A stretch of 64,000 nucleotides of DNA from positions 5,433 to 69,432 of the IMG/VR virus record IMGVR_UViG_3300035182_000347. The stretch is one strand, 5' to 3'. Source of the DNA: a virus. The notes under the pieces are model-generated. The model did not search any database and had not been told where the DNA came from. It saw nothing but the letters and a program-made list of their open reading frames with translations. Below, in pieces: positions 1 through 7,862 of this stretch. The translations under genes and the position numbers were made by a program. Within the stretch, counting starts at the first letter, position 1. Every line of letters begins with the position of its first letter.

Positions 1-18
1 TACTATGCCTACGCCGCG

Positions 19-858
19 ATGGCTGCCGCCTACATGGCTGCCATCGACGAACTCCGGGCCGCGCTTGGCCTGGAGACGCACGCGGCTATCGCCGCAGCCG
101 CGCGTGAGGTGCGCAACCAGGCGGCGCGTGACGCTGCCGAAATCCGCGCTACGCAAGAAGTCGCGGCGCAAGCGAAAATCGCGGCGACAGAACAAGCCGC
201 CCGCACGGCGGCGTGTGACGCCATGACCACTCTGTTCGTGGATGGTCGCGGCCAGCGTGTCGCCATCGCCGACAAAACCTCGTATTCAGAGGGGAGGTTT
301 TCAAGCCTTGGCGGCTGGAACGAAGGCGGCGACGTAATTGGCCGCCGCATGAGCATGACGGCCGAAGACGGGCGGGACGTGACCGGCGAGGTCGTAGTTA
401 TGCCCGATGGCGAGTTTCGCCTGGAGCAGCCCTACTCCCGCTCATACCCCAATGGGGGCAAGTCCTGGCACGGTGGCAAGCTGGTGACTGTAGATACCAC
501 CGCCACCAGCGAGTGGCTGCCGGAAGGCGCGGTAGTGCCTGAGTGGCGCTCCGAGTCTCGGGTTGCATGCGACTGGGAAGCAGCCTACCAGGCGCGGGCC
601 GACGAAGTCATGCTTGCCGACCTGGAAGCCATGCCGGAAGCGTGGTTGCAAGGGCGGGCCAGGCTGGTAGAGGCGTTCTCCGCCGACTATTCCGCCACCT
701 ACGGCGGCCAGAACGGGCGGAAATACTCCGTGCGCACAGAATTACGCGCCGACCTGGACGAGTACCAGGCGGTACAACGCGCCGCCGATGCGGAAAAGTC
801 CGCCCGGATGGCATCTTCACCTTTCGCGGCGCTTGCCGCACTACGGAGAGCAGCATGA
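19..858 (+). CDS. hypothetical phage protein (start may lie upstream)
   Basis: 279-aa ORF; stop overlaps next ATG (ATGA at 855-858). Confidence 0.6.
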   Translation: MAAAYMAAIDELRAALGLETHAAIAAAAREVRNQAARDAAEIRATQEVAAQAKIAATEQAARTAACDAMTTLFVDGRGQRVAIADKTSYSEGRFSSLGGWNEGGDVIGRRMSMTAEDGRDVTGEVVVMPDGEFRLEQPYSRSYPNGGKSWHGGKLVTVDTTATSEWLPEGAVVPEWRSESRVACDWEAAYQARADEVMLADLEAMPEAWLQGRARLVEAFSADYSATYGGQNGRKYSVRTELRADLDEYQAVQRAADAEKSARMASSPFAALAALRRAA

Positions 859-1289
859 GCATCATCAATCTGACCCAGCACCCCGCTACGCCGGAGCAAG
901 TCGCGGCGGGCGTATTTGATCTGCCGCCGAATCTGCGCGGAGACCTGTCCGCGCTGCTTACCTTTGACGCCATCCCCGGCGTCGAGGAAATCAAGGTCCG
1001 CGCCCACGACATCGGCCTGATGGCGGCGATGCTCGCCAGTGGTGCGGATCGCACCGAGGAAGTGGACGGCGAGGTAGCGGACACCGACAGGGGCGCGTTT
1101 GCGCTGCAAGCCATGATAGGCGGCGCCCCCTACCTCATGGCCCCGCTTGAATCCGCCTTGCGCGAGAACGGCATTGAGCCGGTGTACGCATTCTCGGTAC
1201 GCGAAAGCGTCGAGCAGACCCAGCCGGATGGCACTGTGCGCAAGGTCAACATCTTCCGCCACGCCGGGTTTGTTCCGGCTGTGGCGTGA
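855..1289 (+). CDS. conserved-looking phage hypothetical protein
   Basis: Start reassigned to MSIINLTQHPAT (ATG 855) after GGAG; coupled to upstream stop. Confidence 0.7.
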   Translation: MSIINLTQHPATPEQVAAGVFDLPPNLRGDLSALLTFDAIPGVEEIKVRAHDIGLMAAMLASGADRTEEVDGEVADTDRGAFALQAMIGGAPYLMAPLESALRENGIEPVYAFSVRESVEQTQPDGTVRKVNIFRHAGFVPAVA

Positions 1290-1471
1290 AGCCCGAAAAA
1301 CCCAAGGCGAAGGGCGGGAAACGTGAAGGGGCTGGCAGGAAATCAAAGGATGGCGCAACCGATCTTGTTCAGGTCGGATTGCGCATCCAGGCAGACCAAA
1401 AGCCGAAGCTATTGCGCCTTGGGGGCAGTATTTGGGTACGCCGGAAGCTGGATGAGGCGGATGAAATCTAA
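1286..1471 (+). CDS. small DNA-binding protein with GGxRxGAGRK motif
   Basis: KGGKREGAGRK followed by a ribbon-helix-helix-like segment. Confidence 0.6.
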   Translation: MKPEKPKAKGGKREGAGRKSKDGATDLVQVGLRIQADQKPKLLRLGGSIWVRRKLDEADEI

Positions 1472-1500
1472 CTCCAACTTAGGCTATAAAGGAGAAGTAC

Positions 1501-1734
1501 ATGGAACCAAAGATTGATATTGAACCAGACGCATGGGCAACGAAAGATATGTGCATAGGGCCGCATTTAGGGAATGTACGTTACGACAAATTACCTATTC
1601 AAAGTTTCAACCCGTTGCAATACACCCATGAAAAACTCTACTCAGAGAAAGCGGTAATTGGCTTGATGAAGGCCGCTTACTATGATGGCTACACGGAACG
1701 AGAGCAGGAATTAAGGGCGGTGCCGAACGCCTGA
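1501..1734 (+). CDS. hypothetical protein
   Basis: AAGGAG SD; C-terminus (VPNA*) runs into attC-like site at 1722. Confidence 0.65.
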   Translation: MEPKIDIEPDAWATKDMCIGPHLGNVRYDKLPIQSFNPLQYTHEKLYSEKAVIGLMKAAYYDGYTEREQELRAVPNA

Positions 1735-1785
1735 ATTAACCGGACGCCGCTTTAGCGGCGGTCCGAGTTGAATGAAATGTTAGAA
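1722..1785 (-). repeat. attC-like recombination site 1
   Basis: Minus strand reads TTCTAAC-ATTTC-ATTCAACTCGGACCGCCGCTAAAGCGGCGTCCGGTTAAT-TCAGGC-GTTCGGC, closely resembling the aadA-type attC as recalled; extrahelical G on + strand. Confidence 0.85.
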
Positions 1786-2026
1786 CTGACGACTGCACAC
1801 TGTTTTAAGGTGGCGTACCACCTGACATTCACGGATCGTATGCCGTGGAGAGTTCGATAAATGACCGGGGAATCCACGTTTACGGTCAGCCGAAATGCCA
1901 GAACGCGAGCCGCAAGGCAGCGCACCAAAACTGGCCGGTGCGGACGATGGCAGTGTGCAGCCATGAGTTCTAACGCGGGTTATCCGCCACCCATGGAAGC
2001 GCGGCAACACTGAAAAGGAAACAACG

Positions 2027-2389
2027 ATGCGCGAACTGAACGAACACAAGATTAACCCCGGCAACGACACGCTCAAGATTACCGTGCTGGACGAACCTGG
2101 GCACGGTGGCGCAAACCACGCCTACGATATTGAGGGCGGCGAGGCGGTGCCGACACACCTGCGCTTTCAAAACGGACCGATCAACGCGGACGGTAACGGC
2201 GTGAATGGCATTACCCATGAGGCGCTGCTCGTGGTGCTGTGCGACCGCCTGCGCGGGTTTCAGGCGGGGCCGTATGCCTGCAAGGCGAACGCTTGCGCGC
2301 TGACACACTTGGAAGAAGCGCAACACTGGTTGCAGCAGCGCACCATCGAGCGTATGCGGCGAGGCGTCGAAGGCACGCATACGGTTTAA
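2027..2389 (+). CDS. tad1: Tad1-like (Acb2/Tad1 family) anti-Thoeris/anti-CBASS nucleotide-signal sponge
   Basis: MREL...HxY...FQNGPI..GVNGIT.E.L..L.DRL..FQ.GP.AC..N..A.T.LEEA..WL..RT..R.RRGVEGT matches the recalled Tad1 pattern; AAGGA SD. Confidence 0.8.
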   Translation: MRELNEHKINPGNDTLKITVLDEPGHGGANHAYDIEGGEAVPTHLRFQNGPINADGNGVNGITHEALLVVLCDRLRGFQAGPYACKANACALTHLEEAQHWLQQRTIERMRRGVEGTHTV

Positions 2390-2447
2390 TTTTGTGGGCC
2401 GCAGATGGCCTTCTCTCTGCGTTTTTCGCAGCCTTTCGGCCAGCGGC

Positions 2448-2505
2448 GGCTAACGCCTGAGTTCAGGCGCGGCCGGAGGCTGTCACCTGGAACGACGGGT
2501 TGTGC
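2448..2505 (-). repeat. attC-like site 2
   Basis: + strand GGCTAAC-gcctga-GTTCAGG...CCTG(G)AAC-gacgg-GTTGTGC, 58 bp. Confidence 0.8.
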
Positions 2506-2532
2506 ATCTTGCGGTGATACGGAGAAAGAAGA

Positions 2533-3303
2533 ATGAACAGAATTGTTTGCCAGTTTTCCTGCGGCGCTGCCTCGGCGGTGGCGACTAAGTTGGCGCTTTC
2601 GCAGTACGGCGACCGCTGCGTGGTGCTGAATGCCTACATTGCAAACGAGCATGAGGACAACCGCCGCTTTGCCGCCGACTGCGAAAAGTGGTTTGGGCGT
2701 ACGATGACCGTACTGCGTGACGAGAAGTACGACGCGGACGCTATCACTGTTTTTGAGCGGGTCGGCTACATCAAGGGGCCGAAGGGCGCGGCATGTACCA
2801 CCAGGATAAAGCGGGGTTTGCTTCGTGCGTTTGCGCAACCCGGAGACGTGCTAGTGCTCGGCTACACGGCGGAGGAACAGTGGCGATTTGACGACTTTGA
2901 AGCCAACTGGCCCGACCTCCCCGTAGTGGCTCCTCTGATCGAGCGCGGACTGACCAAGGAAGACTGTAAGGCGCTTGTTGAGCGCGCAGGGATGGTGCTG
3001 CCGATGATGTACCGGATGGGCTACGACAACGCCAACTGTATTGGCTGCGTAAAGGGCGGGCTTGGGTACTTCCGCGCAATCCGCGATGACTTCCCCGATC
3101 AGTTCGAGCGGTTGGCGCAAGCGGAGGACAAGGTTGCCGAACTGCATGGAACGAACGCCTACATCCTGCGCCACCGATCCGGGCCGCTTAAAGGGCATAG
3201 GTTCCCGTTGCGCGAGTTACCACCGGGTCCAATTGTAAGAAACGAGGCGCTACCGTCATGCGGGTTGTTTTGCGATGCAGCAGAGCAGGAATACGCGGCA
3301 TGA
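2533..3303 (+). CDS. PAPS-reductase-like / adenine nucleotide alpha-hydrolase protein with Cys cluster
   Basis: N-terminal FSCGAASAVA loop, CTTRIK, NANCIGCVK, terminal CGLFC. Confidence 0.7.
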   Translation: MNRIVCQFSCGAASAVATKLALSQYGDRCVVLNAYIANEHEDNRRFAADCEKWFGRTMTVLRDEKYDADAITVFERVGYIKGPKGAACTTRIKRGLLRAFAQPGDVLVLGYTAEEQWRFDDFEANWPDLPVVAPLIERGLTKEDCKALVERAGMVLPMMYRMGYDNANCIGCVKGGLGYFRAIRDDFPDQFERLAQAEDKVAELHGTNAYILRHRSGPLKGHRFPLRELPPGPIVRNEALPSCGLFCDAAEQEYAA

Positions 3304-3310
3304 TTTTGAC

Positions 3311-3399
3311 GCACAACGCTGAGCTAACCGGGCGCGATGAACCGGACGGCTCGAAGTAAACCCGCATTCCGCGCGCTCCGGTTGAGCGCCGTGTTGGAC
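3311..3399 (-). repeat. attC-like site 3
   Basis: GCACAAC-gctga-GCTAACCGG...CCGGTT(G)AGC-gccgt-GTTGGAC. Confidence 0.8.
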
Positions 3400-3409
3400 G
3401 GAGGATGAT

Positions 3410-3691
3410 ATGGATAGACCAATTACATACGGTGAGCTATTCGCGCGCATGAGAATGCCTGCATCTGTTGAGTTCGATGATCCGCGCTGGTGGCGGCCAA
3501 TCGGTATGGAGATTGATCGGCTGCGCGCGGCATTGAAGCCATTTTCCGCACATCCGCAATTCCAAGCGCCAGACGACTGGCCAGTGACGGTAATTGACCG
3601 GAACGAACCGACCGGAGACCCAGTTGCAGGGGTAACCGCTGGAGATTTTCGACGCGCGGCAGAGGCCATGACGCCCAAGTCACCTGACTGA
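3410..3691 (+). CDS. hypothetical cassette protein
   Basis: GGAGG SD directly after attC-like site 3; stop lies inside site 4. Confidence 0.6.
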   Translation: MDRPITYGELFARMRMPASVEFDDPRWWRPIGMEIDRLRAALKPFSAHPQFQAPDDWPVTVIDRNEPTGDPVAGVTAGDFRRAAEAMTPKSPD

Positions 3692-3734
3692 CGCGGCCTT
3701 ATCGCGGCAGGTCAGGTGGACTTCCGGGTTATGC
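3666..3734 (-). repeat. attC-like site 4 (left core degenerate, GAC instead of AAC)
   Basis: gcccaa-GTCACCTGAC...GTCAGGTG(G)AC-ttccgg-GTTATGC; left arm shares ACGCCCAAGTCAC with site 7. Confidence 0.7.
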
Positions 3735-3758
3735 CGCGCGAATACTACAAAGAAAGGA

Positions 3759-4052
3759 ATGGGCATGAAGATTCAAGGTCCGGTGGAAGTGGAATTGAAA
3801 ATCAGCATCACAAACGAAGAACAACATGGAGTCGTAACTATCAGCATGGGGAAAGGCAGCTACCCAACAGAAGGAGAACTGCGCGAACGGGTAGTTCAGT
3901 TTGAAAATGAAGAAATGCCGACAGGATTCCGCTTGATGACCAAGCGCGAATGGTGGGACTCTGTTTGCCCTCCGTCCTACGACGAGGACGAGGATGGTGT
4001 GCGCAACAAGACGCGCTTTGCTGTTCCAGGTGGCGATGACTACGACGCATAA
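3759..4052 (+). CDS. hypothetical acidic cassette protein
   Basis: AAGGA SD; TAA stop lies within GCATAAC core of site 5. Confidence 0.7.
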   Translation: MGMKIQGPVEVELKISITNEEQHGVVTISMGKGSYPTEGELRERVVQFENEEMPTGFRLMTKREWWDSVCPPSYDEDEDGVRNKTRFAVPGGDDYDA

Positions 4053-4115
4053 CACTGAATGTGAGGCGACTGGCGTGGATTTATGCGGCAGGTCGACTCG
4101 ACCGTACTGTTACCA
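4047..4115 (-). repeat. attC-like site 5
   Basis: GCATAAC...GTGAGGCGAC...GTCGACTC(G)AC-cgtact-GTTACCA. Confidence 0.7.
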
Positions 4116-4126
4116 CGGAGAATGGA

Positions 4127-4402
4127 ATGGAACATATATTTAGCGACAAAATCGTTACAGCGAAGAAGCGCCATCACTGCGACGCAAGCGAACAGTGGCG
4201 ACGAGCTGGCTTCACCATTGCCGACTGCGAAACGGACGAGCAGCGGCTGATGGTTGCCGCTGCCGAGGTAGACAACTGGCGCATCTTGCCTGGGCAAGCC
4301 TACCGTAGGGTGATCGGAATTCACGAAGGCGGATTGAGCACCTACAGGGCGAGGCCGGGCATGGACGCAGTGTGCAGCGACCTTGATATATGGGACGAGT
4401 GA
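4127..4402 (+). CDS. hypothetical cassette protein (HxCD motif)
   Basis: GGAG SD; AKKRHHCD and ILPGQAYRR resemble small phage Zn-finger-like proteins. Confidence 0.65.
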   Translation: MEHIFSDKIVTAKKRHHCDASEQWRRAGFTIADCETDEQRLMVAAAEVDNWRILPGQAYRRVIGIHEGGLSTYRARPGMDAVCSDLDIWDE

Positions 4403-4406
4403 GATT

Positions 4407-4463
4407 GCCTAACGCCTGAATTCAGGGGCGGCGAAGCCGTCCCGCTGGATTGACGTGTTAGGG
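4407..4463 (-). repeat. attC-like site 6
   Basis: GCCTAAC-gcctga-ATTCAGGGGCGGCGAAGCCGTCCCGCTG(G)ATT-gacgt-GTTAGGG, 57 bp. Confidence 0.8.
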
Positions 4464-4482
4464 GCGGAAATTTGGAGAAGAA

Positions 4483-4989
4483 ATGGGATACGGAGCACAC
4501 GAAAAACCGAACGAAGGCGCGACCAATATTTGGCTCACACCACCGCGCATTATTGAAATGCTTGGGCCTTTTGACCTTGACCCATGCGCAGCACCGGAGC
4601 CGCGACCGTGGCCGACAGCACACGCGCACTATGCCGAGGCAGACGGTGATGGGCTGCAACGGGAATGGCATGGGGTTGTGTGGGTGAACCCGCCATACGG
4701 CGACAAGGCCGAGGCGTGGCTGCACAGGCTGGCTAGGCACGGAGAGGGCATCGCGCTGGTTTTCGCCAGGACGGAAACGGCATGGTTTCAGCGCGTAGCG
4801 CGGCACGGCTGGCTTTTGTTTTTCCCGTCAGGGCGGCTGACCTTTCACAAACCGAATGGAGAGCGCGGGGTCGGTAATGCAGGGGCACCGAGCGTTTTCC
4901 TTGCCATTGGCGAGGAAAGCAAACTGCGCCTGAGAAGCTGCGGGATGGAAGGGTTCTTCTGCGAGCCTGAGTTTTTCGCGACGCAATGA
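4483..4989 (+). CDS. phage DNA N6-adenine methyltransferase (Dam-like family)
   Basis: WLTP, FDLDPCA, DGL..W, WVNPPY, ARTET.WF, GRL.F motifs. Confidence 0.9.
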   Translation: MGYGAHEKPNEGATNIWLTPPRIIEMLGPFDLDPCAAPEPRPWPTAHAHYAEADGDGLQREWHGVVWVNPPYGDKAEAWLHRLARHGEGIALVFARTETAWFQRVARHGWLLFFPSGRLTFHKPNGERGVGNAGAPSVFLAIGEESKLRLRSCGMEGFFCEPEFFATQ

Positions 4990-5079
4990 CGCCCAACGCA
5001 GGATATACACCAAGTGACCAGTAACACCCGAAAACACAGAATATAGGACACCAGTAAGCAACAGAACCAGCAGCGAAGA

Positions 5080-5145
5080 ATGAACAATGAACTGATGTTT
5101 TCGAGCAAGACCGATATGTTGTCAACACCACAAGCGTTCTTTTGA
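5080..5145 (+). pseudogene. N-terminal remnant of a second phage Dam-type methylase
   Basis: Translates MNNELMFSSKTDMLSTPQAFF*, resembling the recalled FSSK.D.W.TPQ.FF start of phage Dam proteins. Confidence 0.6.
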
Positions 5146-5150
5146 CAGCA

Positions 5151-5205
5151 ATAAAAACATTTGATGAAGAATCTTCTTGTGTTACCGGAAACGGTGGTCT
5201 ATAGT
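5151..5205 (+). promoter_or_regulatory. sigma70-type early promoter with upstream repeated operator-like element
   Basis: TTGTGT(5177)-17 nt-TATAGT(5200); 28-bp upstream block shared with 8208-8235. Confidence 0.65.
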
Positions 5206-5234
5206 TACACCATCAACAACGCACGGAGCGCAAA

Positions 5235-5984
5235 ATGAAAGTCGAAATCAAAAGTCGTTTTACAGGCGAGGTTCAATTCGCACTTGAGTGCGAAGGGAAC
5301 ACTGTGGCCATTACGCTGGCCGAGGCCGTAAGGTTAGGCACCAACCTGTATGGCGCATACCTTAGCGGCGCGGACCTTAGCGGATCGTCACTGGGGGGCG
5401 CAAATCTTCACTGTGCGAACTTGATGGGCGCTAGCCTTATGGACGCGGACTTGATGTCCGCGGACCTCTATGGATCTGATCTCAGCAGTGCGTCCCTTGA
5501 GGACGCGAATCTCAATGGCGCGAACCTTAGGTCTGCGAATCTTTATGGGGCCTACATGAGGTCCGCGAAACTTCGCAATGCAAACCTTAGCAATACGAAC
5601 CTTATGGACGCGGACTTGATGTCCGCGGATTTGGTTGCCGCCAATTTGTACGGTGCGGACTTTGTCAGTGCGAACCTATCTTGGGTGGATTTGCAGGACG
5701 CAAACATTGATGGCGCGGACCTTAATGGCGCGATCCTTAAGGGTGCCAATCTTGATGGCGCGTCCATCGGGGACGCTGGTAAGCTGACTGGCGAAAGCCC
5801 GTATTTCACTGTTATCTTTGGAGTTAATGCGGAACGCATTGAGTCGTTTCGCACAGAGAAGGGGATTTTTATCCGCAGCGGGTCATTCTTTGGCACTGCG
5901 GCGGATTTCCGGGGCAACAACCCCGCCGGCGGAGTGTACCAGGCCGCCTTGGACCTGGTTGAAGCCCATTATCGGCTGGTCTGA
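5235..5984 (+). CDS. pentapeptide repeat protein
   Basis: Long run of A(D/N)Lxx repeats; IKSRFTG N-terminus and IRSGSFFGT C-terminus. Confidence 0.9.
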   Translation: MKVEIKSRFTGEVQFALECEGNTVAITLAEAVRLGTNLYGAYLSGADLSGSSLGGANLHCANLMGASLMDADLMSADLYGSDLSSASLEDANLNGANLRSANLYGAYMRSAKLRNANLSNTNLMDADLMSADLVAANLYGADFVSANLSWVDLQDANIDGADLNGAILKGANLDGASIGDAGKLTGESPYFTVIFGVNAERIESFRTEKGIFIRSGSFFGTAADFRGNNPAGGVYQAALDLVEAHYRLV

Positions 5985-6033
5985 AGATTTCCGGGACCGC
6001 GTTCTCGCGGCCGGTTTCAAGTTTGGATTGGAG

Positions 6034-6234
6034 ATGAGAGTGAAAACTTCAAAGTATAGGGTGGCGGCTCTGCGAAAGCGGGCCGCCGCGATTGGCCTGA
6101 AGCGCCGTGAAATCTATTCGCATGAGGATGACTGGCCAGCAATTAAAGCGCTGGCAGAATATCTTATAAAACGCAGAGAGAAGGCCGCGAAGGTGGCGGA
6201 TAACGCCAATTTAACCATTACCAATTTCACTTAG
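6034..6234 (+). CDS. small basic hypothetical protein
   Basis: RVAALRKRAAAIGLKRREIY; start uncertain (ATG 6034 or GTG 6040). Confidence 0.55.
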   Translation: MRVKTSKYRVAALRKRAAAIGLKRREIYSHEDDWPAIKALAEYLIKRREKAAKVADNANLTITNFT

Positions 6235-6242
6235 GATCAGAC

Positions 6243-6698
6243 ATGACCATCACGCTTGAGGCCATCAAGGCAGAGCAGAAACGCATTGCCGCGATGATTT
6301 CGGAGTTTGAGAAGCAACCCGCTGCATTGGCATTCCCGATCAGCATCCGATTTCCCGATCTTGCGGAGGGCGAAAAGTTTGTCGGCGTCATCATCAGCGC
6401 GGACGGTAGCCGCAAGCATGCGGTGATTCTGCTGCCGGGCGAAGCCGATATCGCCAACTGGAAAACGCAACACAAGTGGGCAGAGAGCATAGGCGGCGAA
6501 CTATTTGACCGTGTTGAAGGCGCTCTGCTGTTCGCCGCGATGAAGGATGAATTCAAGCCCGAATGGTATTGGACTTGCGAGAAGCACGAAGTCGACTCGG
6601 CCTATGCCTGGGATCAGGACTTCGGACACGGCTACCAGTACGGCCACGATACGAGCTACAAGTTCAGAGCCCGAGCAGTCCGCAGGGTTTCACTCTGA
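6243..6698 (+). CDS. DUF1566/C-type-lectin-fold protein
   Basis: WAESIGGEL, WYWT, AYAW.QDF..G.Q, RARAVRR C-terminus. Confidence 0.8.
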   Translation: MTITLEAIKAEQKRIAAMISEFEKQPAALAFPISIRFPDLAEGEKFVGVIISADGSRKHAVILLPGEADIANWKTQHKWAESIGGELFDRVEGALLFAAMKDEFKPEWYWTCEKHEVDSAYAWDQDFGHGYQYGHDTSYKFRARAVRRVSL

Positions 6699-6769
6699 AC
6701 ACCATCGAAGTCTCACTATTGACGTAACTTCCCCCGCCATAAAAGACGGGGTTCTAGGAGCAAAATCTG

Positions 6770-7198
6770 ATGAACAACTGGAACTTCACCGGAAACATCG
6801 GCAAGGATGCCGAAACGCGATTCATCCAAAGCGGCGAGGCTGTCGTTCAATTCTCGGTCGGTGTGAAATCTGGCTACGGCGACAAAGCCACAACCACATG
6901 GGCGCGTTGCACCATGTGGGGCAAGCGTGGAGAGTCTGTCGCGCAATACCTCACCAAAGGATCGCTTGTCGGAATCTCCGGCGAGGTCACGCTGCGCGAA
7001 TTCACCAACAAGGAAGGCAACAAGCAGACGACGCTGGAAGTGCGCGTGAATGATCTGACGCTTATGGGAGGCCGAAAGGACGGCGGTAGCTCACCAGATA
7101 ACGAGTCACACCAGTCAAGCGCTCTATCTAGGTCAAGGCCGCAGCCAGCAAGCGGCGGCAATGCGTTTGATGATCTAGATTCAGATATCCCGTTCTGA
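6770..7198 (+). CDS. ssb: single-stranded DNA-binding protein
   Basis: GNIGKDAE, YLTKGSLV.ISG, acidic DSDIPF tail. Confidence 0.95.
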   Translation: MNNWNFTGNIGKDAETRFIQSGEAVVQFSVGVKSGYGDKATTTWARCTMWGKRGESVAQYLTKGSLVGISGEVTLREFTNKEGNKQTTLEVRVNDLTLMGGRKDGGSSPDNESHQSSALSRSRPQPASGGNAFDDLDSDIPF

Positions 7199-7247
7199 CA
7201 ATTACCTCAATGCCTCAAAAACGCAGAGAGAAGGCCGCGAAGGTGGC

Positions 7248-7312
7248 GGCTAACGCCCAAGTCACAGGCGCGGCGGCATCATCGACGCGTCCTGTAGACT
7301 GACGTGTTATGC
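7248..7312 (-). repeat. attC-like site 7
   Basis: GGCTAAC-gcccaa-GTCACAGG...CCTGT(A)GAC-tgacgt-GTTATGC. Confidence 0.8.
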
Positions 7313-7324
7313 ATTCGGGGTGAT

Positions 7325-7690
7325 ATGCCATACCTAAACGAAGACGGGACGATAGACACATGGAAAGGCTACATACGCAAATGCGGACACTGCGGAGCGA
7401 TAGAAAAGGTATTTGATGAGGCCACAGACCAAAACGTAGGACGATATGAAGAAATCTACGCATTGGAAGCTACGATATGCAAATTGTTCAGTGGGACGCG
7501 CGGGCCGGGGTTGCCAAATGTTTTGTGCGTTGAGTGCATGACGAGGCTGATGCCAAACCTGCACAAGCTGAGGGATGCAATTGAACTAGATATTTTCGTA
7601 AATAGACTGAAAGGTGCAATAAATGAAAAACGAAAGCAAGGAACTAAAGACAACCGGACAACTACGGACGATGCTTGCGAATGCTGCTAA
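7325..7690 (+). CDS. hypothetical protein with two CxxC pairs
   Basis: CGHC and CVEC; starts 13 nt after site 7. Confidence 0.6.
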   Translation: MPYLNEDGTIDTWKGYIRKCGHCGAIEKVFDEATDQNVGRYEEIYALEATICKLFSGTRGPGLPNVLCVECMTRLMPNLHKLRDAIELDIFVNRLKGAINEKRKQGTKDNRTTTDDACECC

Positions 7691-7862
7691 AGGTGTACTC
7701 AACGGAGACTTGGACATCGAGCGTGCCACGGCGCTGCACAAGCTGGCGAAGAACATCAGCGAGAGCCTGTACAGCGAAACCAAGATAGCAATGTTCAGCC
7801 ATGAGATCGGCAGCGCCATTCCGAAGATGGGAGACCTACCGCTTGGCGGCAGCGATGAATAA
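7623..7862 (+). CDS. hypothetical phage protein
   Basis: 79 aa; TAA stop lies in GAATAAC cassette end. Confidence 0.65.
   Translation: MKNESKELKTTGQLRTMLANAAKGVLNGDLDIERATALHKLAKNISESLYSETKIAMFSHEIGSAIPKMGDLPLGGSDE

Noticed and set aside
543-854. N-terminal extension of the 248-aa ORF at 543
   Set aside because: Overlaps the 19-858 gene; the likely start is ATG 855 with an SD.
6560-6698. DUF1566/CLec C-terminus as a diversity-generating retroelement variable region
   Set aside because: I saw no template-repeat copy and no reverse transcriptase in the window; cannot exclude one elsewhere.
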